Below are positions 7,037 to 16,919 of a stretch of 64,000 bases of DNA, piece after piece; positions within the stretch are counted from its first letter, which is position 1; the number at the start of each line of letters is the position of its first letter. The translations under genes and the position numbers were made by a program. Below the pieces are notes generated by a model. That model did no database searches. It worked only from the letters and a program-made list of their open reading frames with translations, and was not told where the DNA came from. The stretch covers positions 1,512,008 through 1,576,007 of the forward strand of contig JBFWNU010000001.1 in NCBI GenBank assembly GCA_050250895.1, given 5' to 3'. The DNA is from Vulcanimicrobiota bacterium (GTDB lineage: Bacteria > Vulcanimicrobiota > Xenobia > Xenobiales > JADMJV01).

Positions 7037-9709
7037 TCATGAACACTGCGCTTTTACCAGGTCCTCGACCTGGGCCAGGGCGGCCGAAAGCTCATCGGGA
7101 TTGCGTCCGCCCGCTTCGGCCAGGTCAGGGCGACCGCCGCCGCCACCGCCTACGCGCTTGGCTACTTCGCGGATGAGGTTGCCAGCATGGTACCCCTGTT
7201 TGACCAACCCTTTGTCCACCAGGGCCAGCAACGAGACCTTGCCGCCAGCCGTGCCGGCCAGAACGGCGATTCCCTGGAAGGTCGGGCGCAGAGCATCGGC
7301 CACTTTGCGCAGGTAGTCGGGGCCATGGGGTCCCAAATCGTGAGCCAGCAAGGCCACCTCGCCGACCTGCCGCTGGTTCTTGAGCAGCCCTTCGACCTGC
7401 TGGCTGGCCTCGGCCTGGCGAGCCCTCTCGAGTTCTTTTTCGAGATTTTTCTGCGTTTCCAGTAGAGCTTCGACCTTCTTGGCCACATCGCGCGCAGGCA
7501 CCCCCAACTCACGGCCGAGTTGCTCGAGCAGTTCCCGCTCCTGGCGCGCCGCCTCTAAGGTGGGCAGGCCGCAGATGGCCTCGACCCGGCGAATGCCAGC
7601 GGCGATAGCACCCTCCGAGACAAAGCGGTAGGGTCCCAGGTCGCCGGTTCGCAGGGCGTGGGTGCCGCCGCAAAGTTCCATCGAATAGCCGTCAAAAACA
7701 GGGTCTTCGAGCAGCCCCGAACCCTCACCGCCAATCTTGACCACCCGAACCTTGTCTCCATACTTGTCGCCAAAGAAGGCGATTACCGAGTCGGGCTTTT
7801 TGGACATGGGGATCTCGAACCATGAGACCGGTTCGTTCTCGAGGATGCGGGCATTGATCATCTCTTCGATCGTGGTCAATTCTGAGGACTTGACCCCTTC
7901 GAAGTGGGTAAAGTCAAAGCGCAGCCGTTCGGGGGCCACCAGCGAGCCCTGTTGGCGAACGTCCTTGCCCAAGACTTCGCGCAGGGCCCAGTGAAGCAGG
8001 TGGGTAACGGTGTGATGCCGCTGAATCTGGCGACGCCGCTCGCCATCTACCAGGGCCTGCACTTCGGCACCGGCCTGGGGAACCTGGCCGCTCACCAGGT
8101 GGCAGCGGTGAATGACCACGCCTTCTCGTTTTTGAGTGTCCTCTACCGCAAGTTCGAAGCCTTCCCCCACCAGTTGGCCCTTGTCGCCGAGCTGGCCACC
8201 CATTTCGCCGTAGAAGGGAGTGCTCTCCAGCACGATCTCGGGCTTCTTGGGATTGCCCAGCACGGCCTGGACCCGGGTCGACTCCTCTAGCTTTTCAAAG
8301 CCCACGAAGGGGGTGGGAGGCAGGTCGAGTTCGACCGCCTCGGCCGAAATCACCACTTTGGTCTGAGCGGCCCGAGCGCGTTCGCGCTGCTCTTCCATAC
8401 ATTTCTCGAAGGTCTCGCGATCCACCGTGAGGTTTCGCTCCCGAGCCATCGCCTCGGTCAGATCGACCGGAAAGCCATAGGTGTCATAAAGCTTAAAGGC
8501 GGCCTCGCCCGAGAACACGGTGGTCTGGCCCAACCCGGCCACCTCTTCTTCGAAGAGATGGATGCCGCGGTCGAGCGTCTGGTTGAACGAGACCTCTTCG
8601 GCCTTGATGATGCGCTCGATCTTGTCCCGTTCGCGAATGACCTCGGGAAAGACATGCCCCATGTGTTCGGCCAGCACCTTGACCAGTTTAAAGAGAAACG
8701 GCTCGGTCAGCTCAAGCTTGCGCCCGTAGCGGGCCGCCCTTCTCAACAGGCGACGCACGACATAGCCGCGCCCATCGTTGGACGGAATAGCTCCGTCGGC
8801 GACCGAGAAGGTGATCATGCGAATATGGTCGGCGCAGACCCGCATCGCGATCGAAACGTCATCGCCCGACTGGCCCGGGTGATAGGTTTTGCCCGACATC
8901 TGGGCCAGGGCCTCGATGATGGGGCGGAAGACCTCGGTGTCGTAGTTGGACACCTCGACGTCAAAATTCTTGCCGCCGGTGCACTCGAGCACCGAGCAGG
9001 CCCGCTCGAAGCCCATGCCGGTGTCCACATGCTTGGCCGGAAGTTCGCGCAGCGTTCCGTCGGCTTCCTGGTTGTATTGTATGAAGACCAGGTTCCACAG
9101 TTCGATGGCCAGCGGCGATCCCTGGTTGACCAGCGGTCCCCCGCTCTTGTCAGGGGTCAAATCGATGTGAATCTCTGAGCAGGGGCCGCAGGGGCCGGTA
9201 TCGCCCATCATCCAGAAGTTGTCGTCTTTGCCAAAGAAGAGGATGTGGCTGGGATCGATGTCGGTGCAGGTCCGCCAGAGTTCGGCCGCCTCTTCATCCT
9301 TGTCGAGGTCGTCGGTGCCCCCGAACACGGTGGCGTAGAGGCGGTCTTTGGGCAGCTTCCAAACCTGGGTGAGCAGCTCCCAGGCCCACTCGATGGCTTC
9401 CTTCTTGTAGTAGTCACCGAACGACCAGTTGCCCAACATCTCGAAGAAGGTGTGGTGATACGTGTCGTGACCGGTTTCTTCGAGGTCGTTGTGCTTGCCC
9501 GAGACGCGAATGCACTTCTGGGTGTCGGCAATGCGCCGGTTGCGTGGGGTAGCCTGGCCCAGGAAATAGGGCTTGAACTGATTCATGCCGGCATTGGTAA
9601 AAAGCAGGGTGGGGTCGTCGGCCGGCACCACCGGGGCGCTAGCGACGATCTCGTGCTGCTTTTGCTCGAAAAAATCTAGGAACGATTGACGAATCTCTGG
9701 GCCTTTCAT
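7037..9709 (-). CDS. alaS: Alanine--tRNA ligase
   Basis: LLFTNAGMNQFK, HHTFFEMLGNWSFGDY, editing domain HTVTHLLH/ELCGGTH, C-terminal GGGGG DHHA1. Confidence 0.98.
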   Translation of the reverse strand: MKGPEIRQSFLDFFEQKQHEIVASAPVVPADDPTLLFTNAGMNQFKPYFLGQATPRNRRIADTQKCIRVSGKHNDLEETGHDTYHHTFFEMLGNWSFGDYYKKEAIEWAWELLTQVWKLPKDRLYATVFGGTDDLDKDEEAAELWRTCTDIDPSHILFFGKDDNFWMMGDTGPCGPCSEIHIDLTPDKSGGPLVNQGSPLAIELWNLVFIQYNQEADGTLRELPAKHVDTGMGFERACSVLECTGGKNFDVEVSNYDTEVFRPIIEALAQMSGKTYHPGQSGDDVSIAMRVCADHIRMITFSVADGAIPSNDGRGYVVRRLLRRAARYGRKLELTEPFLFKLVKVLAEHMGHVFPEVIRERDKIERIIKAEEVSFNQTLDRGIHLFEEEVAGLGQTTVFSGEAAFKLYDTYGFPVDLTEAMARERNLTVDRETFEKCMEEQRERARAAQTKVVISAEAVELDLPPTPFVGFEKLEESTRVQAVLGNPKKPEIVLESTPFYGEMGGQLGDKGQLVGEGFELAVEDTQKREGVVIHRCHLVSGQVPQAGAEVQALVDGERRRQIQRHHTVTHLLHWALREVLGKDVRQQGSLVAPERLRFDFTHFEGVKSSELTTIEEMINARILENEPVSWFEIPMSKKPDSVIAFFGDKYGDKVRVVKIGGEGSGLLEDPVFDGYSMELCGGTHALRTGDLGPYRFVSEGAIAAGIRRVEAICGLPTLEAARQERELLEQLGRELGVPARDVAKKVEALLETQKNLEKELERARQAEASQQVEGLLKNQRQVGEVALLAHDLGPHGPDYLRKVADALRPTFQGIAVLAGTAGGKVSLLALVDKGLVKQGYHAGNLIREVAKRVGGGGGGRPDLAEAGGRNPDELSAALAQVEDLVKAQCS

Positions 9710-9758
9710 GGTGGCTCCTCTCAGAAGGAGACCGATTCTGGCCAGACGGGGTTACTTC

Positions 9759-12194
9759 CTACCGTTTTCGGGCTAGCTCGGGATAGCGCCGATCAATAAT
9801 ACGCAAGAACGCCTCGACCAGGTCGGGGTCGAAGTGGGTAGCTTTGCCCTCTTCTAGGATTCGCCGCACCTTGGCCACTTCCATGCCAGCTTTGTAGGGG
9901 CGCTCGGCGGCCAGGGCGTCAAACACGTCAGCCACCGCGATGACCCGAGCCGGCAGGGGAATCTGGTCGCCGCTGAGGCCGTCGGGATAGCCCTTTCCGT
10001 CCCAGCGCTCGTGGTGGCCTCGGATGGTGGGGCACAAATGGCGAAGCGACGCGATGGGATAGACGATCTGCTCGCCATAAATGGGGTGCATCTTGACCAG
10101 TTCGTACTCTTCCTCGGTCAGGCGCCCCGGCTTGTAGAGAATTTCCTTGGGAATGTGGATCTTGCCGATGTCGTGCAAGAGCCCAGCTCGCAGCATATCC
10201 TGCCCTGACATAAACTCGCCGATCTGGTCGAGTTTGGCGTCCGACTCCCCGTCGAGCAAGAAGCCCATTTCGCCGATATCCTTGAGCATGGCCCCGAACT
10301 TGATCTCTTTGCGGGTGTTCTTGTCGCTGATCCCAACCTCGTCGGCCAGTTCCATGGCCAGATCCAGCACCCGGGCCGAGTGGGCATAGGTGAACTCGCC
10401 GCCCATCTTGAGGATCAGGCCCAGGCTGTTGACGGCCGTGTTCTCGTCGAGTTCTTCCAGTTCTTCGTCGCGGTAGAGCTTTTTCAGCAGGGCCGAGATA
10501 GAGTGTCCGGCCATCCGCGAGGCGGTGTCGAAGCTGGCCTGAGTCGGCACCATGGTGTTGAGTTTGGCCATGCTCAGACGATAGGCGTCGAGGCTGGTGG
10601 TCAGACGCAGGCCGCGAACGTTGGCTTTTTCGGCGGCCTCGGTGCCCGCCTGGGCCGGAGGACCGCCACCGGGACCTTTGCCACCCCCTTCGCGCTCCCC
10701 GGCTTTCATCGACCCCGTCAAGGGATGGCGGGCCGCGGCCTGATGGACCGACTGGCGCGAGTTGGCCGGGGCCTGCTGCTGTTGCTGCTGCTGGGCCTGC
10801 GCGGTGCTGGCCTGGTGAGGATCGTTGGGTTTGCCGGCCGCTCCCCGATAGGAAGGCAAATAGCCCGACTCGTCGGGTCGCCCTGGCCGGCGCATCGAGA
10901 TCGGCTCGACCCGGTCTTCGAAGTTGCTGCGGCTGGACTCGAACAGCCCGTCGAGAACGGGGTTGAAGATGGGGATGTGGGAAGTGACCGGCCGCTTGCC
11001 GGTGGCCGCTCCTCGAGGCGGTTGGCCGGGGGTTTGCTGGGCCCGTGGCATGCCCTCGGAGGATAGTTGCCGTTTCTCTCCGGGCAGGCTGGCCTGGAGC
11101 GGACGACCGCTATCGCCCGGCCGGCCGGGCATGAAGCCCGACTTGGCGCCCCGCAGCGAGGCTCGTCGCGGCTCGCCGAAGCTCTCGCCAGCGGTGCGGC
11201 GAGTGCGCAGCAGTTGAGGGCCGCTCTCGGCCTCTTCGGAATGGTGGTGGGTCTGGGTGGCCGACGCGTCCCGCTTGTCCTTGGTCAGGGCCTTGGTGTC
11301 TCCGGTCAGAGCAGCCCCCCGCAAGAGTTCGGAGCTGCGGGTAGTGTCCTCTGCTCGGGGGGCGGCCGGAGCTTGACGGGCGGGCTCGGATTGGGTCTCG
11401 CGTTTGACCTGCGTTTCGGCCCGCGGGGCGGGTTGGCTGGGAGCCTGCCGCTCTTGTTTGAGCAGGCTACCGCGCTCGCTCGACGACGGCGCTGTTCTAG
11501 CCTCGTTCTTGGGTTGGGCCGTGGTCTCGGTCCTGTTTTGTGGTTGGGGGTGCTCGTCGCTGGTCTCGTGGGCGGTGGTGGTCGCAGCCGCGTCGGGTTT
11601 GCCGGCCGGCTTCTGGGCCTTGCTCTGGGCGGTGCCGGCTTCGGTCTGCTGCTGGGGTGTCTCGGGCTGTTTCTCGCGCGCTTCGAGGCGCGCGCTGACC
11701 CGTTCCATGTGCTGGCGCAGCTGCGCCAGGGCCTCGCGGGCCTGGCTCTGAAACTTTTCTTGCGGTGTTTGAGCCTGTTGGCTCTTTTGGGTGGCTTGCT
11801 GCTCTTTGGCTTGTTCTGATTTGTTGGTGTGGGCGGCTTTAAAGGCGGCGGTGGCGCGACTCATCTTGCGCAGCAGTTCGAAGTCGTTGACATCGAAATT
11901 CTCGAGGTCGGTGAGATGGGCCATGGCTTCTTCGCCTTCGAGGGCTGCTTCGTGGTCGAGCTTTCCGCTTTCGCGCAGGGTGTCCCAGGTGCGTTTGAGC
12001 TGATCGGCCGCGCTAAAGAGCCGCTGGCGGGCCAGACTTTGTTGGTTGACGCCGTCTTGAGCGGTCGCAGCGGCTGGCTCTTGGGAGGGTGCTTGAGGCT
12101 TGGCCTGATCGGCTTCACTGGCGCCTTTGCGAACGCCGTCGGCAGAGGTGAATCCCTTCTGCTGGACATTGATCATGGAAGTGAAGTCGAACAT
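9759..12194 (-). CDS. HD-GYP domain protein (putative cyclic dinucleotide phosphodiesterase) with a ~550-aa Q/P/A-rich disordered N-terminus
   Basis: HSARV...LLHDIGK...HHERWDGKGYPDGL...VADVFDAL...RPYK. Confidence 0.88.
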   Translation of the reverse strand: MFDFTSMINVQQKGFTSADGVRKGASEADQAKPQAPSQEPAAATAQDGVNQQSLARQRLFSAADQLKRTWDTLRESGKLDHEAALEGEEAMAHLTDLENFDVNDFELLRKMSRATAAFKAAHTNKSEQAKEQQATQKSQQAQTPQEKFQSQAREALAQLRQHMERVSARLEAREKQPETPQQQTEAGTAQSKAQKPAGKPDAAATTTAHETSDEHPQPQNRTETTAQPKNEARTAPSSSERGSLLKQERQAPSQPAPRAETQVKRETQSEPARQAPAAPRAEDTTRSSELLRGAALTGDTKALTKDKRDASATQTHHHSEEAESGPQLLRTRRTAGESFGEPRRASLRGAKSGFMPGRPGDSGRPLQASLPGEKRQLSSEGMPRAQQTPGQPPRGAATGKRPVTSHIPIFNPVLDGLFESSRSNFEDRVEPISMRRPGRPDESGYLPSYRGAAGKPNDPHQASTAQAQQQQQQQAPANSRQSVHQAAARHPLTGSMKAGEREGGGKGPGGGPPAQAGTEAAEKANVRGLRLTTSLDAYRLSMAKLNTMVPTQASFDTASRMAGHSISALLKKLYRDEELEELDENTAVNSLGLILKMGGEFTYAHSARVLDLAMELADEVGISDKNTRKEIKFGAMLKDIGEMGFLLDGESDAKLDQIGEFMSGQDMLRAGLLHDIGKIHIPKEILYKPGRLTEEEYELVKMHPIYGEQIVYPIASLRHLCPTIRGHHERWDGKGYPDGLSGDQIPLPARVIAVADVFDALAAERPYKAGMEVAKVRRILEEGKATHFDPDLVEAFLRIIDRRYPELARKR

Positions 12195-12325
12195 CGAAAA
12201 GTCTGGCCCCTTATGTTATCACGACCAGCCAAACAAGGTAAAGGCAAAGGGATCAAACTTCCCAAAACGAAGGACAGGCCACGTCGCTTTCCGGCGGCTC
12301 GAGTGACCAACCCCGGAGGTATGCC

Positions 12326-12838
12326 ATGAGTGGTGCCCAGATGGCTCCAGAATTCAGTCTTGAAGACACGCGAGGTCAGACCGTCAGGCTTTCTGACCAT
12401 CGCGGACGGGTGGTCATTTTGATCTTCGCCAGTCAAGCCACCCAGGAGGCCGCCTCGCGAGCCGCCAGCGGGCTTGGCAAGCGACTTCTACAGAACCCTC
12501 AGGTGGACATGTTCACCATCGTCAGCGTGCCCAAGATGTTCAAAATGATGGCTCAGGGGCTGCTCAAAGGAGCTCAGGACAAGGCTCTCTCGGCAGCTCG
12601 GAAGCGCTTCGAGAAAGAGGGCGCCGAAGTCCCCGCCGACCTGGAAAAGCGCATCTACATCTTGCCAGATTGGAATGGTGAGCAGGTCAAGCAGTTTGGC
12701 TTTGATCCCAAGGCCAAGATGGTCCACGTGGCCCTGGTCGCTCCCGACGGCACGGTGCCCGAGCGGGTCTCTTCGGAAGATGGCGAAAAAGCGGCCGAGG
12801 CCATCGCCGAGAAAACGCTCGCCCTACTCGGCCTGTAG
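12326..12838 (+). CDS. Redoxin/AhpC-TSA-fold protein lacking cysteines
   Basis: APEFSLEDTRGQTVRLSDHRGRVVILIF N-terminus; ILPDWNG; no Cys in the sequence. Confidence 0.7.
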   Translation: MSGAQMAPEFSLEDTRGQTVRLSDHRGRVVILIFASQATQEAASRAASGLGKRLLQNPQVDMFTIVSVPKMFKMMAQGLLKGAQDKALSAARKRFEKEGAEVPADLEKRIYILPDWNGEQVKQFGFDPKAKMVHVALVAPDGTVPERVSSEDGEKAAEAIAEKTLALLGL

Positions 12839-12844
12839 GACCTT

Positions 12845-13342
12845 CTACTTCTCGTCGGTGTTGGTGAAGTCCGACGGCTTGAGGTCGTCGATGAACTTCT
12901 TGAACTCGGTGTATTCCTTGGCGTCGTCGCTGCGCGACTTGTCTTCGACCGTCTCCTCGAGAATGATCTGCTCAGAGACGTAGATGGGCGAGTTGGTGCG
13001 CAGGGCCAGGGCGATGCTGTCACTGGGCCGGGCGTCGATCTCGAGGGGGCCGACGTTGGATTCGAGCACGACCTTGGCATAAAACGTATTCTCTTGAATG
13101 TCGTGAATGATGATACGGTCGACCCGGGCGCGGAGCGCCTCGATGACGGACTTCATCAGGTCGTGAGAGAGCGGGCGAGGGACCTGGGTCCCTTCCAGGG
13201 CGAGGGCGATGGCGGTGGCTTCGAACGGTCCGATCAGGATGGGCAGATGACGCTTGCCTTCGAGGTCTTTCAAGATGACGACCGGGTCGTGGGTGAGGAG
13301 GTCAATCCCCAACTTGTCGACTTTCATCCTCCGCATTCCCAT
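12845..13342 (-). CDS. Bifunctional nuclease family protein (DUF151/BFN)
   Basis: LPILIGPFEATAIA, PRPLSHDL, IDARPSDSIALALR. Start chosen at MGMRRMKV. Confidence 0.9.
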   Translation of the reverse strand: MGMRRMKVDKLGIDLLTHDPVVILKDLEGKRHLPILIGPFEATAIALALEGTQVPRPLSHDLMKSVIEALRARVDRIIIHDIQENTFYAKVVLESNVGPLEIDARPSDSIALALRTNSPIYVSEQIILEETVEDKSRSDDAKEYTEFKKFIDDLKPSDFTNTDEK

Positions 13343-13488
13343 GTGCCGGTTAACCCTCTCTAGATTGAACAAGTATAAAGCGTAGATGCGATGATCCCTG
13401 AGTACTGTTCCCTGGACCACAAGTAAATCCTCTGTCCGCCAGGCAGTTATTACAAGGGCACGGCCCGCGCTCTGGCGAAGGCGGGGCG

Positions 13489-14205
13489 GTGGAAAATCCA
13501 GTAGCCCTCATCTCCGACTGGAAGGGTTTAGCCGGTCCGGCCATCGCCCTGGCCCTGGCCCGTTGTGACTTCTCGCTGATGATCAACGGCCCCGAAGACG
13601 AGATATTCTCTCTTCAGACCGGAGAATTCCACGGCAAGATCCTGGCTCTGCCCTTCGACTACTCCTCTGAAGAGGCGGTCGAGCACGTCTTTTCGGCCGG
13701 GATCGATATCTTTGGGCGGGTCGACATTCTGGTCAACAACATCTATCACTGGAATGATGCGGCCCTGGGCGAGATTACCGATCAGATGTGGAACGACGTG
13801 CTCAACAACAACTTGAGGGCAAGCTTCTATGTTTGCCGCGCAGCCGCCCGACTGATGCAGGCTCTGGAGTATGGCAAGATCATCAACGTCACTTCCACCT
13901 CCTCGTTCTCGGGAGTCCACACCCAGTTTGCTGCCAGTTGCGCAGCCCTGCACTCGTTGACCCGGTCGCTGGCGCGCGAGCTGGCTCCCCTGGTGAGGGT
14001 CAATAGCATCGCCTGCGGACTGGTCGAGGAGCCGTGGGTGGATGAGGGGGGTCCCGAGCTGAGGGCGGCCTTGACGCGCAGTATTCCCCTGGGGCGGTTG
14101 TGCCGCACCGAAGACGTGGCCGAAGCGGTGGCTTACCTGGCCACAGGGGCCGACTTTATGACCGGACAAATGCTGGTGATCGATGGTGGAGAGACGATGC
14201 GATGA
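13489..14205 (+). CDS. SDR-family oxidoreductase-like protein with degenerate catalytic motifs
   Basis: FGRVDILVNN, GKIINVTS, LTRSLARELAP.VRVNSI, FMTGQMLVIDGG; YxxxK position reads FAASC. Confidence 0.8.
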   Translation: MENPVALISDWKGLAGPAIALALARCDFSLMINGPEDEIFSLQTGEFHGKILALPFDYSSEEAVEHVFSAGIDIFGRVDILVNNIYHWNDAALGEITDQMWNDVLNNNLRASFYVCRAAARLMQALEYGKIINVTSTSSFSGVHTQFAASCAALHSLTRSLARELAPLVRVNSIACGLVEEPWVDEGGPELRAALTRSIPLGRLCRTEDVAEAVAYLATGADFMTGQMLVIDGGETMR

Positions 14206-14561
14206 GAGTTTGGCTGTGCCTTTTGTGGCTGGGTTTGAGTCTGGCGGCAGCGGCCGTGCCGGTGGACGAGGCTTCGATGGTGGGTCGCTGGGAAGCTACG
14301 GTCAATCGCCGCACCCCTGACAACAAACGGGTGGAAATCACCTACACCTGGGTGTTTCAAGAAGACCATACGGGCTGGCAGGGGATCAAGAATAGCCAGT
14401 TCGAGGTGGACTCGAAGTCGGAGCTGACCTGGGATATCGACGATCGGACCCTCAATGTGCGCACCAGATCCGGCTTGCGGAGTTATCCGATTATCTCGGT
14501 CAATCGGCTCGAGATGGTCCTGCGCGACGGCAAGCGGGTCACTTACAAGCGCACTCCATAG
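14202..14561 (+). CDS. Small secreted beta-rich (lipocalin-like) protein
   Basis: ATGA overlap with the SDR stop; signal peptide MRVWLCLLWLGLSLAAAA; MVGRWE motif. Confidence 0.65.
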   Translation: MRVWLCLLWLGLSLAAAAVPVDEASMVGRWEATVNRRTPDNKRVEITYTWVFQEDHTGWQGIKNSQFEVDSKSELTWDIDDRTLNVRTRSGLRSYPIISVNRLEMVLRDGKRVTYKRTP

Positions 14562-14612
14562 AAGAAGCGTTCGACAGGACTCGCATGATCGGTCGAGAAC
14601 TTCGCCGCACCC

Positions 14613-16919
14613 ATGCGGCAGCGAGTGGTTCAATGGTTTTTTTTGGTGCTTCTGACGGGTCGCCTCTGGGCGGCTCCGCCACTGGCTGTTCCCGATCCCT
14701 CTAACGGTCAGCTGCTGTTGCTCAAAGACGGGGCCGTGAGGGCCCTGGCCCTCGAAGATGGCCAGGAGCTTTGGAGAACTGCCGTCGACGGAGCCTCGGA
14801 AGGCAAGCTCCTGGTGGTCGACGGTCAACGCTACCTCGCTACCCCCGACAAACTCTACTCCGTGGCTCGCGACGGTGAGGTCGAGCAGTTGGCCGAAATG
14901 GATTGGGGGCCGCAAAGCTATTCTGGCGGCTTGCTCTATGGCTTTGGTGGAAGTGTCTTCTATCGTGGACCCGTGCCCTGGGAAGCCAAAGTGGCCAAGA
15001 TCCAGGCGGTCCTCGAGGCCCCGGATGCGCTGGTTCTCACTACCGAAAAAGAGCTGCTGGTGCTCGACAAAGAGGGCAAGCTGCTGTGGAAAAGCGCGCG
15101 AGCGGCGACCGACCAGGGCCCCTGGCTGCTGAAGGACCTGGTGGTGGTGGGTCGTGGCCAGGACCTGCTAGGCTTCGCTCTGGCCGATGGGCAGCGGCGC
15201 TGGGACTATCGTCTCCGAGGCGATCTGGTCGGCGCCCCCGCCGTCAAAGACGACCTGATGCTGGCATCGTTCAAGGTGGATACCCAGCATTATGTGGTCG
15301 GCATGGGGGCCGACGGCCGTCCGCGTTTTCGCGTGCCCATGGAGGGGACGGTGGTCTCCATGTTGCCTGGCTCGACCCATCTGATTTTCTGCGAGGGTGA
15401 GGGTGGCATCAGCATCTCGGCGCTAGATGAAGCGGGAGTGGCCACCGGGCGATGGGGCTTCGCCGGCGAACTGGTCAAGGCCGTCGAGATGGATGGCAAA
15501 GTCTATGTTTTCATCCGCACCAAGCTGAGCGAGCCCAAATTCGATCTGCCCGGGGCGGCCTTCACCTGGAAACTATTCACCCCCAAGCTCAAACCCGTCT
15601 ACAACCTCAAGACCGGTGAGCCCATGCAGGAAGATATCCAGGGCTACCTGTTGCTGTCGTGGGTGCCGGGCCAGACGCCTGACCAGCTGGCTTCAGAGCC
15701 CCGCCAGAGTCTGGTCGGTCCTATTCAGGTGGTCGAGGACACTTTGCTCTATGCCACCCAGTTTCGCCCCGAGCGTCAGGCCGGCCAGCGGGTCAAGACC
15801 GATTGGCGTCACCCTTACGAGCCGGTGGCCGTGCATGGCGTTCATCAGGGTCAGAGCTGGACCTACGCCCCCACCGAGCGCCGCCAGGCCCCTAGCAAAG
15901 ACCGCCTGCCCGACAAAGCCTTTCCGGTGGATGGCACGAGTTTGCTCTTCACCACGGAAGACGACCGTCTGGCTGCCCTCGCGTTGGCCAGCGGCCAACC
16001 CCTGTGGGAGACCTCGAAGATGCGTCTCGACGAAGGGTCGGCCAGTATCGTGGCTGACGACCAGGGATTGACGGTGTTGACCCAGGTCGGGGCGCTGCAC
16101 TATGCCTATCGGGTCAAGGCTGGTCAGGTGGGCTGGCACAAACCCCTCACCGACGTGTTTTTGTGGGACAAGTTCAACAATCTCATGGGCGTGCTGATCC
16201 TGTGTGCGGCTCTGTGCTACTTCATCTTCGCGGCTCGCCGCCGGGATCTGTTCATCCGGCGCATTGCCGGTCTCAACGCCCTCGACGAGGCGGTGGGCCG
16301 GGCCACCGAGATGGGCAAACCCGTCCTCTATGTTACCGGGCTGGCCGATGTTGACGACATTCAGACCCTGGCATCGCTCTCGATCCTGGGTCACGTGGCC
16401 AAGAAGACCGCCGAATACGACACTCCGATCCTGGTGCCCACCAGCCGGGCGGTGGCCTTCAGCGCGGCTCAAGAGGTGGTCAAGGAGGCCTACACGGCCG
16501 CCGGCCGCCCCGACGCCTTCGTGGCTGATAATGTGCGCTATCTGACCGACGACCAGTTCGGCTACACGGCCGGGATCGACGGCATGATGCTGCGCGAGCG
16601 TCCGGCCGCCAACTTCTACATGGGCAAGTTTTATGCCGAGTCTCTGATTCTGGCCGAGACCGGCCACGCCACCGGGGCCATCCAGATTGCCGGTACGGCG
16701 ATGCCCAGCCAGTTACCGTTCTTCGTGGCCGCCTGCGATTACACGCTGATCGGTGAAGAATTGTTCGCGGCCTCGGCCTATCTTTCCAAAGACCCGCTCC
16801 AGGTCGGCAGCTTACGCGGCCAGGACGTGGGCAAGGCGATCGTGATGGTGTGCCTGGTGCTAGGCGCCCTGGCCATCACCTTCGGTTACGATTTCGTCAA
16901 AGGTTGGTTCGCCACATGA
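14613..16919 (+). CDS. Signal peptide + PQQ/BamB-like beta-propeller + TM + DUF6754-like alpha/beta domain + TM
   Basis: Propeller repeats ALEDGQELW, ALADGQRRW, ALASGQPLW; C-terminal IRRIAGLNALDEAVGRATEMGKP...LIGEELFAASAYL matches DUF6754 as I recall it (not searched). Confidence 0.75.
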   Translation: MRQRVVQWFFLVLLTGRLWAAPPLAVPDPSNGQLLLLKDGAVRALALEDGQELWRTAVDGASEGKLLVVDGQRYLATPDKLYSVARDGEVEQLAEMDWGPQSYSGGLLYGFGGSVFYRGPVPWEAKVAKIQAVLEAPDALVLTTEKELLVLDKEGKLLWKSARAATDQGPWLLKDLVVVGRGQDLLGFALADGQRRWDYRLRGDLVGAPAVKDDLMLASFKVDTQHYVVGMGADGRPRFRVPMEGTVVSMLPGSTHLIFCEGEGGISISALDEAGVATGRWGFAGELVKAVEMDGKVYVFIRTKLSEPKFDLPGAAFTWKLFTPKLKPVYNLKTGEPMQEDIQGYLLLSWVPGQTPDQLASEPRQSLVGPIQVVEDTLLYATQFRPERQAGQRVKTDWRHPYEPVAVHGVHQGQSWTYAPTERRQAPSKDRLPDKAFPVDGTSLLFTTEDDRLAALALASGQPLWETSKMRLDEGSASIVADDQGLTVLTQVGALHYAYRVKAGQVGWHKPLTDVFLWDKFNNLMGVLILCAALCYFIFAARRRDLFIRRIAGLNALDEAVGRATEMGKPVLYVTGLADVDDIQTLASLSILGHVAKKTAEYDTPILVPTSRAVAFSAAQEVVKEAYTAAGRPDAFVADNVRYLTDDQFGYTAGIDGMMLRERPAANFYMGKFYAESLILAETGHATGAIQIAGTAMPSQLPFFVAACDYTLIGEELFAASAYLSKDPLQVGSLRGQDVGKAIVMVCLVLGALAITFGYDFVKGWFAT

